NCBI GenBank assembly: GCA_012517605.1
Contig: JAAYUS010000044.1
Span: 1 to 62,578 of the forward strand
Origin: Bacteroidales bacterium
GTDB taxonomy: Bacteria; Bacteroidota; Bacteroidia; Bacteroidales; VadinHA17
Direction: 5' to 3'
Length of the DNA stretch: 62,578 nt
The notes below the pieces were generated by a model that saw only the letters and a list, made by a program, of their open reading frames with translations, made no database searches and was not told the origin of the DNA. How positions within the stretch are numbered: the stretch's first letter is position 1; the number at the start of each line of letters is the position of its first letter. Of this stretch, positions 19,230 to 29,429 are shown piece by piece. Position numbers and translations under genes: made by a program.

Positions 19230-20183
19230 TTATTTGTTTTTAAGCATTGGGTGATAATCGCCTACAAGTCCTACCGGATTTGAGTTCCTTATTGTGAAGG
19301 CAGTTATGACCGACTGGCGCGCATCGGACAATCCAAAGCCCCTGCCATCAAGGATTTCCCTGTAGGATGTAGTATGGAGCTCGCCGAAACCTTCACTGAA
19401 TTCGATCTCTTCACCTTCGATGGATATTGATCTGAAAGTCCTTTTTCCTGACTGTTTAACTGTTTCGGGCAGATCGTTATAGTCGATGCTAAGGAACCAT
19501 CTGACCCTTGCATTTTCAAGCTCGAGGTAGCCTGCTGCCTTATTCGGCTGAGAAACATGAACAATAATCTTTGTGGTGTCACCGAAAATCCAGCCAAGCA
19601 TATCGAAGAAATGAATTCCTATGTTTGTTGCCACCCCTCCTGACTTCTGGACGTCACCCTTCCACGAGATATAATACCAGTTACCACGGCTTGTAATATA
19701 TGAAAGATCAATATCGTAAATTTTGTCCTTCGGCCCGTTCTTGATTTTCTCACGGAGCTCGATGATCCTCGGGTGATGGCGAAGCTGAAGTATTGTGAAA
19801 ATCTTTCTTCCGGTTTCGTTTTCAATCTCCTGAAGCGCATCCACGTTCCATGGATTAAGGACTATGGGTTTTTCGCATATTGCTTCAGCCTGATGCCTCA
19901 GTGCAAATCTGATATGGGAATCATGAAGATAGTTCGGGGAACAGATGCTTACGTAATCGATTTTTGTTCCGGTTCTCTTGAGCTTGTCGAAGTGCCTGTC
20001 GAATCTTTCGAATTCCACGAAAAAATCACTGTGCGGAAAATAACTGTCGAGGAGCCCCACGGAGTCGAACTTGTCGAGACTTGCAAGAAGGTTATTGCCT
20101 GTGTCTTTTATTGCCTTCAGATGTCGGACTGCAATATATCCGGCAACTCCGATAAGGCCAAAATTCTTCTGAATATGTTCCAT
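19230..20183 (-). CDS. wbpB: Gfo/Idh/MocA oxidoreductase, WbpB-like UDP-GlcNAcA 3-dehydrogenase
   Basis: GVAGYIAVRHL N-terminal Rossmann motif, EKP motif (CEKPIVL), 317 aa. The role is inferred from context. Confidence 0.65.
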   Translation of the reverse strand: MEHIQKNFGLIGVAGYIAVRHLKAIKDTGNNLLASLDKFDSVGLLDSYFPHSDFFVEFERFDRHFDKLKRTGTKIDYVSICSPNYLHDSHIRFALRHQAEAICEKPIVLNPWNVDALQEIENETGRKIFTILQLRHHPRIIELREKIKNGPKDKIYDIDLSYITSRGNWYYISWKGDVQKSGGVATNIGIHFFDMLGWIFGDTTKIIVHVSQPNKAAGYLELENARVRWFLSIDYNDLPETVKQSGKRTFRSISIEGEEIEFSEGFGELHTTSYREILDGRGFGLSDARQSVITAFTIRNSNPVGLVGDYHPMLKNK

Positions 20184-20208
20184 CTATATAAATTTCGGTT
20201 CTAATAAC

Positions 20209-20787
20209 TCATTGTACCTTAAAAACATTTCCATCCACAAGCCTGTATTTTTCTCCGCTTTCCGGACAGGTTGCAAATCCTTTTTCATCGAACCTGAGCT
20301 TATGTCCGTATTCACTCATCCATCCGGTCTGACGGGCCGGATTCCCCACAACAAGAGCATATGGTTTGACATCCCTGGTGACTACTGCCCCGGCACCAAT
20401 AAAGGCGTATGAGCCGATTGTATGGCCGCAGACTATTGTAGAGTTTGCACCTATTGATGCCCCTTTTTCAACGATTGTCCTGACATAGCTGTTTTTCCGG
20501 ACGATAGCACTCCTGGGATTTACAATGTTTGTAAAAACCATCGATGGTCCCAGAAATACATCATCCTCACAAATAACGCCTGTATATATTGATACATTGT
20601 TCTGCACCTTGACATTTCTTCCCAACCTTACTTCGGGCGATATTACGACATTCTGTCCGATATTGCAGTTCTCACCAATGACTGCACCTTTCATTACATG
20701 GCTGAAATGCCAGATTTTTGTACCCTTTCCTATTGTGCAGCCCTCATCTATCACGGCTGTATCGTGGGCGAAATATTCCTTTTCCAT
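20209..20787 (-). CDS. wbpD: Hexapeptide-repeat N-acetyltransferase, WbpD-like
   Basis: LbH repeats are visible ([49 protein letters not shown]). The start is at M22 of ORF 20209..20850, so it abuts the upstream gene rather than overlapping it. Confidence 0.65.
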   Translation of the reverse strand: MEKEYFAHDTAVIDEGCTIGKGTKIWHFSHVMKGAVIGENCNIGQNVVISPEVRLGRNVKVQNNVSIYTGVICEDDVFLGPSMVFTNIVNPRSAIVRKNSYVRTIVEKGASIGANSTIVCGHTIGSYAFIGAGAVVTRDVKPYALVVGNPARQTGWMSEYGHKLRFDEKGFATCPESGEKYRLVDGNVFKVQ

Positions 20788-20788
20788 C

Positions 20789-21922
20789 TTATTGTTTTTG
20801 AAAAAAACCGAGGATCTTTTCTGTAATATATTCAAGCTGTTTCTGATCAAGCTCTGTATGCATGGGCAAAGAAAGAACTTCCCTGCATAATGCGTCTGTA
20901 ACAGGAAAATCAGAATCCCGATACCCCAGGTATCTGTATGCCTGCTGCATGTGCAGAGGGCCTGGATAATAAATCATCGAAGGGATATTGTTTTCTTCCA
21001 GGTATTTTTTCAATTCATCCCTTTTTCCGTTCCTTACTTTTATCGTATACTGATGAAATATGTGTGAAGAATATTTTTTCCTGCCTGGAAGTACGATCCC
21101 GTCGCATCCAGCCAGGGCTTTATCGTAAAAGCCGGCAGCGGTCTGCCTTGCTTTGTTGTAATCATCGAGATGCCTGAGTTTTACCCTGAGTATTGCAGCC
21201 TGCAGAGTGTCAAGCCTTGAGTTCAATCCGATATCATCATAATGATATCTTATTTTCATTCCATGGTTTGCAATGCTTCTGATCTTTGCTGCCAGCCCGT
21301 CATCATTTGTATAGACGGCTCCTCCGTCACCATAGCACCCAAGGTTTTTTGAAGGGAAAAATGAAGTGGTTCCTGCGGTGCCTATTGTTCCTGCTTTTTT
21401 ACTTTTGCCGTCAGCGAAAAAGTAATCAGCTCCCGTTGCCTGTGCGGCATCTTCAATTACAAAAAGGTTGTTTTTGCGGGCAAGATCCATGATGCCATCC
21501 ATGTCGGCACACTGACCGAAAAGGTGAACGGGAACAATTGCCCTTGTCCTGGGTGTTATTGCCCTGGCGATCTCACTTACTGATATGTTGAAACTGTCTG
21601 ATTCAGGTTCGACAATAACAGGTTTAAGACCAAGAAGCGCAACGGTCTCAAGTGTCGCAATGAAAGTGAAATTTGTTGTGATCACCTCATCTCCGGGCTT
21701 AAGTCCGAGCGACATCATCACTATCTGAAGGGCATCGGTACCGTTACCACAGGAGATCACATGGTTTACGCCGAGATATGATTTTAATTCTTCTTCAAAC
21801 TGTTTTACATCGGGACCTTTTATGAAGGCTGAAGAGCTAATAACTGAAAAAATTGCATCATCGATTTCCGGCCTGATTCTTTCATACTGCGTTTTCAGGT
21901 CCACCATTTGAATTTGTAACAT
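20789..21922 (-). CDS. wbpE: DegT/DnrJ/EryC1/StrS-family PLP aminotransferase, WbpE-like
   Basis: The family pattern is present, including the PLP-lysine region SFFPSKNLG. 377 aa. Confidence 0.78.
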   Translation of the reverse strand: MLQIQMVDLKTQYERIRPEIDDAIFSVISSSAFIKGPDVKQFEEELKSYLGVNHVISCGNGTDALQIVMMSLGLKPGDEVITTNFTFIATLETVALLGLKPVIVEPESDSFNISVSEIARAITPRTRAIVPVHLFGQCADMDGIMDLARKNNLFVIEDAAQATGADYFFADGKSKKAGTIGTAGTTSFFPSKNLGCYGDGGAVYTNDDGLAAKIRSIANHGMKIRYHYDDIGLNSRLDTLQAAILRVKLRHLDDYNKARQTAAGFYDKALAGCDGIVLPGRKKYSSHIFHQYTIKVRNGKRDELKKYLEENNIPSMIYYPGPLHMQQAYRYLGYRDSDFPVTDALCREVLSLPMHTELDQKQLEYITEKILGFFQKQ

Positions 21923-22121
21923 CCGGTAAAGAATTATTTAACCTACGAATATAATGCTTTTTCGGCTTGGATATTAAGGGGTGAATGAAGCATACTCAGT
22001 CTGCAGGCGGTAAAAAAAATTACCAACAGGGTGTTGTTAAAATGTTAATAACATCCACCTTGATTTTTAGCTAAAGCCTGCCGGATGATCTTAATTTGTT
22101 TCGGAAATAAACAAGTTTGAT

Positions 22122-23066
22122 TTGGATATAAGGGCAATTATAAGAGAACTGTTATTTGAGCACGACTGTGTCATTATCCCGGGGTTTGGGGGATTTATAG
22201 GCAATTTTTCACCTGCAAGGATCGACAAGGCTACCGGCATGTTTCATCCTCCCGTGAAGCAGATATCTTTTAACAGGAACCTTAATCACAATGACGGACT
22301 TCTGATCAGCAAAATATCGGTGGTGACAGGGTTGAATTACGGTGACTCACGAAGACTTGTTGAAGAATTTGTGATGCTGATCAAAGGGAAACTTTCAAGA
22401 GGCGAAAAAGTTGTGTTTGATCATATCGGCTGGTTTGTCAATAACCGTGAGAACAATGTTCAGTTTGAGCCGGAAGCCAACATCAATTATTTTGCAGGTT
22501 CATTCGGTCTTGAATCATTCCACTGTCTTCCATTGCAAGGCTATGATATCCGTAAACGGGTGGTCAGGCATATCGACAAGGAGCCTTTAATGAATCAGCA
22601 TACGGCAAGAAACCTGTGGAGGGCGGCGGTGATAGTTCCCCTGCTGGCGCTGCTTGTTGCAATTCCGTTGAAAACTGATCTTTTCAAGGCAAAAGTTGAG
22701 GCCACATCCATGAATCCTCTTGTCACTGCGGAATTTGAAAGCAACAGGAAGGCAGTTGACGCAGCAGTAGTTACATTGCCGGCACCTGTTACAGAGACTG
22801 TTGAGGAAACGCCGGCCAAGGTTCCGGAACCTGCTGCAGTTGCTAAAGGTCAGTACAGCATAATAACAGGGAGTTTCAAGTCGGAACAGAATGCCCTTGA
22901 GCATGTTGATATGCTCAGGGCCGAAGGATTCACCCCTGAAATCAAACAGGCTTCAAATGGCTTTTACCGGGTGACAGCAGCAAGGTGCAAGGATCTTGAG
23001 ACTGCCATCTCCACTCGCGACAGCATAACAGGGAAATTCCCCGGTGCCTGGATTACAAGGCTATAG
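22122..23066 (+). CDS. SPOR-domain protein with N-terminal HU-like (HU-CCDC81-type) domain
   Basis: The N-terminus is IIPGFGGFIGNFSPARID...FHPPVKQISFN. A TM segment and a Pro/Ala-rich linker follow. The C-terminus is SPOR-like (YSIITGSFKSEQNALEHVDMLRAEGFTPEI...YRV). TTG start. Confidence 0.65.
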   Translation: MDIRAIIRELLFEHDCVIIPGFGGFIGNFSPARIDKATGMFHPPVKQISFNRNLNHNDGLLISKISVVTGLNYGDSRRLVEEFVMLIKGKLSRGEKVVFDHIGWFVNNRENNVQFEPEANINYFAGSFGLESFHCLPLQGYDIRKRVVRHIDKEPLMNQHTARNLWRAAVIVPLLALLVAIPLKTDLFKAKVEATSMNPLVTAEFESNRKAVDAAVVTLPAPVTETVEETPAKVPEPAAVAKGQYSIITGSFKSEQNALEHVDMLRAEGFTPEIKQASNGFYRVTAARCKDLETAISTRDSITGKFPGAWITRL

Positions 23067-25100
23067 CTATTTTATCGTACTTCCGTTATTTACCTTCACC
23101 TCGGGCGAGACCATAACCAGCTTTCCATCCTTATCCTCTGCCATCAGGATCATTCCTTTTGATTCGATACCTTTAATTTTGCGTGGCTCAAGGTTGGCGA
23201 CAATGGATATCTGCCTGCCAATGATATTTTCCGGCTCATAGTACTCGGCAATACCAGATACTATGGTCCGGATATCAAGTCCGGTATCAATTTTAAGCTT
23301 TAAAAGCTTTGTTGTTTTCGGAACTTTCTCGGCCTCCAGAATGGTGGCAGTGCGTATATCCACACGGCTGAAGTCGTCGAATGTAACAGGTTCCTTCGAA
23401 GGCAATAATTTTGAAGAAGCCGCTTCATTGGCTTTCTTCGCTGATTCCAGTTTATCGATCTGTTTCCTGATCTCGGCATCTTCGATCTTTTCGAAAAGGA
23501 GGCCGGGCTTTTTAATAATATGACCGGGCTTTAATATATCATCCCTGCCAGCATTATTCCATTGAATCTTTTCAATATTCAACCATGAGCGGAGCTTTTC
23601 CATGGAGAAAGGAAGGAAAGGCTCAAGGATTATCGTCAGGTTGGCAGTGATCTGAAGAGAAATGTTCATTATTGTTTTAACCCGTTCGGGATCAGTTTTA
23701 ATGACCTTCCATGGCTCTGCATCGGCAAGATATTTATTTCCCAGACGTGCAAGGTTCATGGCTTCCCTTAGTGCCTCGCGGAACCTGAATGCTTCAAGGC
23801 TTGATTCAACATTTTCCCTTATTTTGCCTATCTCTGTAAGTACAGGTTTGTCGGTTTCGCCCGTCGCACCCCTTTCCGGTACCCTGCCCTCATAATAATT
23901 GTTGGTAAGGACAAGTGTGCGGTTTACGAAATTTCCAAGAATTGCAACAAGTTCATTGTTGTTACGGGCCTGGAAATCTTTCCATGTGAAATCATTATCC
24001 TTGGTTTCCGGGGCGTTTGAACAAAGTGTATACCGGAGTACGTCCTGCTTACCAGGAAAATCTTCGAGATATTCATGCAGCCATACTGCCCAGTTGCGTG
24101 AAGTTGAGATCTTGTCATTCTCGAGGTTGAGGAATTCATTTGCAGGCACATTGTCGGGAAGGATGAATGACCCTTCGGCTTTAAGCATCGCAGGGAAAAT
24201 AATGCAATGGAAGACTATGTTATCCTTTCCAATAAAATGGATCATCCTTGTATCAGGATCTTTCCAGTAAAGTTCCCAGTCGGGAGTAAGTTCCTTGGTT
24301 GCCGATATGTAACCTATTGGAGCATCGAACCATACGTACAGGACTTTGCCTTCAGCTCCCTCCACAGGCACGGGAACCCCCCAGTCGAGGTCACGGCTCA
24401 CAGCCCTGGGCTGAAGCCCCTGGTCGATCCATGATTTACACTGCCCATAGACATTGGTCTTCCACTCCTTATGACCTTCAAGTATCCATTCCTTAAGCCA
24501 GCCCTCATATCTGTCGAGAGGCAGGTACCAGTGAAGTGTTTCCCTGAGAACGGGTTTGCTACCGCTTACTGTTGAGTGGGGATTGATCAGATCATTGGGG
24601 CTGAGTGAAGTACCGCATTTTTCGCACTGGTCGCCATATGCATTCTCATTTCCGCAGTGTGGGCATGTGCCCATAATATACCTGTCGGCAAGAAAACAGC
24701 CGGCTTCCTCGTCATAATACTGCTCGGTAGTTTTTTCAACGAATTCACCCTTTTTATAAAGTGTCAGAAAGAAATCAGATGCAGTTTCGTAATGTATTTT
24801 GTTTGAAGTTCTTGAATAAATGTCAAATGCGATTCCAAATTCCTCGAATGCCTTTTTGTTGAGCGAATGATACCTGTCGACAATTTCCTGCGGGGTTACA
24901 CCCTCATTTCTGGCTTTAAGTGTTATGGGGACCCCGTGTTCATCCGATCCGCAGATTGATATTACATTTTCCCCTTTCATCCTGAGGTATCTGGTATAAA
25001 TATCAGAAGGTACATATACTCCTGCCAGATGGCCAATGTGAAGAGGTCCGTTAGCGTATGGAAGCGCCGAGGTTATAAGATATCGACTGAATTTCTTCAT
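23067..25100 (-). CDS. metG: Methionine--tRNA ligase
   Basis: HIGH motif ([11 protein letters not shown]), zinc knuckle [23 protein letters not shown]-like KISTSRN, and a C-terminal tRNA-binding domain. Confidence 0.97.
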   Translation of the reverse strand: MKKFSRYLITSALPYANGPLHIGHLAGVYVPSDIYTRYLRMKGENVISICGSDEHGVPITLKARNEGVTPQEIVDRYHSLNKKAFEEFGIAFDIYSRTSNKIHYETASDFFLTLYKKGEFVEKTTEQYYDEEAGCFLADRYIMGTCPHCGNENAYGDQCEKCGTSLSPNDLINPHSTVSGSKPVLRETLHWYLPLDRYEGWLKEWILEGHKEWKTNVYGQCKSWIDQGLQPRAVSRDLDWGVPVPVEGAEGKVLYVWFDAPIGYISATKELTPDWELYWKDPDTRMIHFIGKDNIVFHCIIFPAMLKAEGSFILPDNVPANEFLNLENDKISTSRNWAVWLHEYLEDFPGKQDVLRYTLCSNAPETKDNDFTWKDFQARNNNELVAILGNFVNRTLVLTNNYYEGRVPERGATGETDKPVLTEIGKIRENVESSLEAFRFREALREAMNLARLGNKYLADAEPWKVIKTDPERVKTIMNISLQITANLTIILEPFLPFSMEKLRSWLNIEKIQWNNAGRDDILKPGHIIKKPGLLFEKIEDAEIRKQIDKLESAKKANEAASSKLLPSKEPVTFDDFSRVDIRTATILEAEKVPKTTKLLKLKIDTGLDIRTIVSGIAEYYEPENIIGRQISIVANLEPRKIKGIESKGMILMAEDKDGKLVMVSPEVKVNNGSTIK

Positions 25101-25133
25101 GGCATTAGATGATCAGCTGTTTTTAAAATTTCA

Positions 25134-25141
25134 CAAAGATA
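25134..25141 (-). promoter_or_regulatory. Candidate -7 box TATCTTTG upstream of metG
   Basis: The plus strand reads CAAAGATA, 33 nt upstream of the metG ATG (25100). Confidence 0.38.
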
Positions 25142-25202
25142 ATGTTTATTCAACCAGTTGGACAGATTGCCGATTAGGATTATTTTTACATTTTACACAA
25201 CT

Positions 25203-26123
25203 ATGATGTCAAAGGCAAAGATTAAACCGCCTTTTCTCAGGACAGGTGATGAAGTCGCAATCATATCGCCATCCTGGGCAATTGACGAAGATAAGATAGA
25301 GGCGGCAGTTCGTTTTCTTGAAAGCTGGGGCTTGAAAGTGCACACCGGAAGGAACGTTTTGAAAAAGTCAGGTCCGTTCGCCGGTACTGATGAGGAAAGA
25401 CTTGCTGATCTTCAGTCTGTTACTGAGGATCGTGACATAAAAGCAGTATTTTGCTCGCGGGGAGGATATGGTTTGCTAAGGATAATCGGACAGACAGATT
25501 TCTCATCTCTTAAAAGTAATCCAAAATGGTACATAGGCTTCAGCGACATCACAGTTTTGCATTTGTGGCTCAGTGAACTATGCAATCTGGTTTCGATACA
25601 TGGCGAGATGCCGCTGCATTTTTCCGATGCTGACAGAACAGAGGCGACCTTCGACACGCTCCACAGTTCGCTTTTCGGAGGATATAAACCTGTTCAATGG
25701 GAAGGGAATTTCACAAATCCGCGAAAGATCTCCGGCGAAGTAACCGGTGGTAACCTGTCGCTGATCTACAGCCTTTTAGGGACAAAAGCGGCCCCGTCGA
25801 CAAAGGGGAAGATCCTTTTTATTGAAGAAGTGGGAGAGTATTATTATCATCTCGACAGGATGCTGATCTCACTTAAACTGGCGGGCAAGCTTAAGGACCT
25901 GGCTGGGTTGCTTGTGGGCGGCCTGACAAAGATGGAAGATACAAAAATACCATGGGGCAGGAGTGCTGAGGAGATAATAGCAGATGCTGTCTCAGAATAC
26001 GGTTATCCTGTATTTTTCGGATTCCCTGCAGGACACATAAATGATAACCGGGCTTTTTACATTGGCAGTACAGCCACTATTATCGCTGATGGCAACAGGG
26101 CGGTTTTGAGATACGACAGGTGA
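25203..26123 (+). CDS. ldcA: LD-carboxypeptidase (peptidase S66, muramoyltetrapeptide carboxypeptidase-like)
   Basis: Ser nucleophile region IGFSDITVLH, Glu in FIEEVGE, His in FPAGH. The start is taken at the ATG at 25203 (MMSKAKIKPP). The ORF track begins at 25158. Confidence 0.8.
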   Translation: MMSKAKIKPPFLRTGDEVAIISPSWAIDEDKIEAAVRFLESWGLKVHTGRNVLKKSGPFAGTDEERLADLQSVTEDRDIKAVFCSRGGYGLLRIIGQTDFSSLKSNPKWYIGFSDITVLHLWLSELCNLVSIHGEMPLHFSDADRTEATFDTLHSSLFGGYKPVQWEGNFTNPRKISGEVTGGNLSLIYSLLGTKAAPSTKGKILFIEEVGEYYYHLDRMLISLKLAGKLKDLAGLLVGGLTKMEDTKIPWGRSAEEIIADAVSEYGYPVFFGFPAGHINDNRAFYIGSTATIIADGNRAVLRYDR

Positions 26124-27344
26124 TCAGAATGCAGAAATAAGAAGATCGAGATCTTTGGATATTGCTCCGAATTTCTGGCCCAGAGTTTCGTTTGTCAGTA
26201 TTCCGTTGAAGAGATAAACACCGTTCCGGATGCCCCTGTCATTCTTGATAAGCTGGATAATTCCGCCGGATTCGGCAATATTCTGAAGCAGTGGATTGAA
26301 TATGTTGCTGAGTGCGATTGACGCTGTTCTTGCCACCCTCGACGGAAGGTTCCAGGCTGAGAAGTGAATGACGCCATGTTTCTCGTAAACAGGATCTCTC
26401 AACGCCCTGCATTCAGTAGTCTCAATGCAACCTCCGCGGTCGATGCTCAGATCTATTATAACCGATCCTTTTTTCATGCTTTTGACCATTTCCTCGGTGA
26501 TGTAATACCATGGGCGGAGATCTTCCAATTCAATGGCTCCGATCAGGACATCTGCCGATTTGATTGCTTTTTTCAGCACCTGAGGATGGAAAACAGAAGT
26601 CTGAAGACGCTGGCCAACAAGATTCTGGAACCTTCTGAGCTTATGAAGCGACTGGTCGAATACTTTTACCTGTGATCCAAGGCCAAGAGATGCCCGGGCC
26701 GCATATTCTCCGGCAGTATTTGCTCCAATTATCACAACTTCAGTGGGAGTAACCCCTGTTATTCCTCCCAGAAGGACCCCTTTGCCGCCGTGATGGTTGC
26801 TAAGATAATCAGAAGCAATAAGGACAGATGTCACACCGCTTATTTCGCTCATCGATTCCATTACAGGCATTACTCCGTTGTTGTCCCTGATTTTTTCAAG
26901 AGCTATCGCAGTAACTTTTTTCCTTATCAGTTTACCGAGGGTTTCCTCACTTAACTGGAGAACATTGAGGAAAGACATAACGATCTGATTGCCTTTAAGG
27001 AAATCGGCTTCCTGTAGTGTAAACGGCGCAACTTTTATAACGGCATCGGCGCTGAAAACCCTTGCCGGCGATTCAGTAATAAGCGCACCATTTTCTGCAT
27101 AATCCTTATCGGAGTAGTTAGCACCTGCACCGGCGCCTTTCTGGACAATTACCTCGTTGCCACTTTCCACGAGGATATTCACTGCTTCAGGAGTCAGGGC
27201 AACTCTTTTCTCATCATTCTTTCTGTCGCTTGGAATCCCAATAGATATTTTCCTGTGTCTGACAGCTGTTTCAAGCTGCTCTTCCTTTGGCATAAAGGTA
27301 GTGTTCCCAAGGTTCAGATTGTTGTTTTTGCCTCTTTCATTCAT
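26124..27344 (-). CDS. Alanine dehydrogenase / PNT-family NAD(H)-binding protein
   Basis: AlaDH/PNT N- and C-domain pattern (RVALTPEAV, VVIIGANTAGEYAARASLGLGSQVKVFD). 406 aa with a 30-35 aa N-terminal extension. Confidence 0.68.
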   Translation of the reverse strand: MNERGKNNNLNLGNTTFMPKEEQLETAVRHRKISIGIPSDRKNDEKRVALTPEAVNILVESGNEVIVQKGAGAGANYSDKDYAENGALITESPARVFSADAVIKVAPFTLQEADFLKGNQIVMSFLNVLQLSEETLGKLIRKKVTAIALEKIRDNNGVMPVMESMSEISGVTSVLIASDYLSNHHGGKGVLLGGITGVTPTEVVIIGANTAGEYAARASLGLGSQVKVFDQSLHKLRRFQNLVGQRLQTSVFHPQVLKKAIKSADVLIGAIELEDLRPWYYITEEMVKSMKKGSVIIDLSIDRGGCIETTECRALRDPVYEKHGVIHFSAWNLPSRVARTASIALSNIFNPLLQNIAESGGIIQLIKNDRGIRNGVYLFNGILTNETLGQKFGAISKDLDLLISAF

Positions 27345-27366
27345 TGTCGGGAAAGGGTTATTTTCC

Positions 27367-27398
27367 CAAAGTTAACAAAATTGAAATACAGGAACAAA
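27367..27398 (-). promoter_or_regulatory. Candidate Bacteroidota sigma-A promoter (TTTG-N20-TAACTTTG) for the alanine-dehydrogenase-like gene
   Basis: On the minus strand, TTTG sits at 27398..27395, followed by a 20-nt spacer and TAACTTTG at 27374..27367. The ATG is 22 nt downstream (27344). Confidence 0.45.
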
Positions 27399-27409
27399 AC
27401 GGGGGGCTT

Positions 27410-27826
27410 TTATACAAAATCAAGTATCCTCTGTTCATCACTGTCAACAGTGATCCTTATTCTGACGGTTTCAGGGGGAAGGATATCCTCGACAAGTTCC
27501 GGCCATTCAAGAAAACAATAGGCACCGCTTTCAAAATACTCCTCAATACCGAAATCAAACACCTCTTCCTTTTTCCGTATCCTGTAAAAGTCGATATGAT
27601 AGAGCATTTCTCCCGTACGGGTTCTGTATTCATTTACAAGTGTGAATGTAGGGCTGCTTACCATATCTTCGGCACCAAGGGCATTGCAGACAGCTTTTAT
27701 AATCGTTGTTTTTCCGGCTCCCATTGAACCATAAAATGCAAGAATCCTTTTTCCCCGGGTGTTTTGGATGATCTTATGGGCAGCTCCGGGAAGATGCTTT
27801 CTGTCCCTGATTATTATTCTTTGCAT
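27410..27826 (-). CDS. tsaE: tRNA threonylcarbamoyladenosine (t6A) biosynthesis protein TsaE
   Basis: Walker A GSMGAGKTT, a conserved SPTFTLVNEY..HIDFYR pattern, 138 aa. Confidence 0.87.
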   Translation of the reverse strand: MQRIIIRDRKHLPGAAHKIIQNTRGKRILAFYGSMGAGKTTIIKAVCNALGAEDMVSSPTFTLVNEYRTRTGEMLYHIDFYRIRKKEEVFDFGIEEYFESGAYCFLEWPELVEDILPPETVRIRITVDSDEQRILDFV

Positions 27827-27839
27827 AAAAATAACCTGA

Positions 27840-29396
27840 TTAAGATACGGGTTCCAGCAAGGCTATCGGCAGCATTATTTCCTGCATCGAGATACCTCCA
27901 TGCTGGAAGGTATCCTTGTAGTATCCGGCGAAATAGTTGAAGTTGTTCTGGTAAACGAGAAAATCCTTATTAAGTGCAAATATGTATTTTGATGTAAGGT
28001 TGGTCTTAGGAAGCCCGGCTTTTTCAGGATATTTAAGTTCAAATACCTGCCGGGGATTATAATCGAGGTTTCTTCCCATTTTATACCTTAGGTTTGATGA
28101 GGTTTTCCTGTCACCCACGACTTTCACCGGATTCTGTACCCTGATGGTACCATGGTCGGTGCTGAACATGATCTTTACCTGCTGGGTTGAAAGAGCAGTA
28201 AGAAGTTCATAAAGAGGGGAATGAACAAACCATGAGCGGGTGAGGCTCCTGTATGCTTTTTCGTCGTTTGCAAGATCTCTTATCAGCCCAATCTCTGTCC
28301 TTGCATGGGACAGCATATCAACAAAATTGTAAACGAGAATGTTTATATCATTATCGAGCATCTGCCTCATGTTCTCATTGACCTTCCTGCCCTCCTGATT
28401 GGTAATTATCTTATGGTATGACCATTTGTATTTCAGACCTTTACGGGCCAGCTGGTATTTGAAAAGCTCTTCTTCAAAATTGTTCTTCCCTTCTTCTTCA
28501 TCGTCCTCAACCCATAACTCCGGCAGGATGGCTGCAATTGCAGATGGCATAAGGCCTGAAAATATTGCATTACGGCTGTATTGTGTTGCGGTGGGGAGGA
28601 TGCTGAAATATATATCTTCTTCAATAACCCTGTAAATACCTGCAAGTTCGGAAGCAATCATCTTCCACTGGTCAAACCTCAGGTTGTCGATAAGTATAAA
28701 GAACAAAGGCTTCCCCTGCCTTACATGTGGAAATACTTTCTTTGAAAAGAGGGAAGGGGAGAGAATTGGCTTCTCAGGAGCATCGGGATCGAGCCACGAC
28801 TGATAGTTGCATGTTAAATATTTAACAAATGCATTGTTTGCATCGTTCTCCTGCATTTTAAGTATCTCGCTCATCCCCGGGTCGGTCGATTTCTCAAGCT
28901 CCGATTCCCAGAATGTTATTTTCCTGTAAAGTTCCGACCAGTCGTTGTGATTCCTTGCAGAAGAGATCAGGTTTCCGATGCTTCCGAACTCCTGTCTGTA
29001 ATTTGTTGTTGTCTTTTCTGTTACGAGCCTTTTTTGTTCAGTGATACGTTTTATGACAAGAAGTATCTGATTTGGCTTTACAGGTTTAATAAGATAATCG
29101 GCCATTTCTGATCCGATCGCTGCCTCCATGATGCCTTCCTCTTCATTTTTTGTGATCATTACGACGGGGATGTCGTTTCTTATTTCCTTTATCAGCCGCA
29201 GTGTTTCCAGGCCGCTAAGCCCTGGCATTGTTTCATCGAGGAAGATAAGATCATAGGGGTTATGGCGGACAAGATCAACCGTATCAATTCCATTTGTACA
29301 TGTATCAATTTCATAGCCTTTCTCTCTAAGGAAAAGTACATGGGCCTTCAGAACCTCGATCTCATCATCGGTCCATAAAATTCTTATTTTTCTCAT
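27840..29396 (-). CDS. porX: PorX-type response regulator (CheY receiver + PglZ/alkaline-phosphatase-superfamily domain), T9SS regulator
   Basis: Receiver domain (ILWTDDE...DLIFLDETMPGLSGLE...IKPV), followed by a PglZ-like domain (FFILIDNLRFDQW, FSTDHGT). 518 aa. Confidence 0.75.
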   Translation of the reverse strand: MRKIRILWTDDEIEVLKAHVLFLREKGYEIDTCTNGIDTVDLVRHNPYDLIFLDETMPGLSGLETLRLIKEIRNDIPVVMITKNEEEGIMEAAIGSEMADYLIKPVKPNQILLVIKRITEQKRLVTEKTTTNYRQEFGSIGNLISSARNHNDWSELYRKITFWESELEKSTDPGMSEILKMQENDANNAFVKYLTCNYQSWLDPDAPEKPILSPSLFSKKVFPHVRQGKPLFFILIDNLRFDQWKMIASELAGIYRVIEEDIYFSILPTATQYSRNAIFSGLMPSAIAAILPELWVEDDEEEGKNNFEEELFKYQLARKGLKYKWSYHKIITNQEGRKVNENMRQMLDNDINILVYNFVDMLSHARTEIGLIRDLANDEKAYRSLTRSWFVHSPLYELLTALSTQQVKIMFSTDHGTIRVQNPVKVVGDRKTSSNLRYKMGRNLDYNPRQVFELKYPEKAGLPKTNLTSKYIFALNKDFLVYQNNFNYFAGYYKDTFQHGGISMQEIMLPIALLEPVS

Positions 29397-29429
29397 CGCA
29401 GCAAATAGGTAATCAGACTGTAAAATTAC

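Noticed and set aside
27840-29396. The PglZ domain might indicate a BREX or other phage-defence system.
   Set aside because: The PglZ domain is fused to an N-terminal CheY receiver, which is the PorX architecture. No pglX, brxA/B/C/L, methyltransferase, helicase or Lon-like gene is nearby. The neighbours are a T9SS lipoprotein gene and tsaE.
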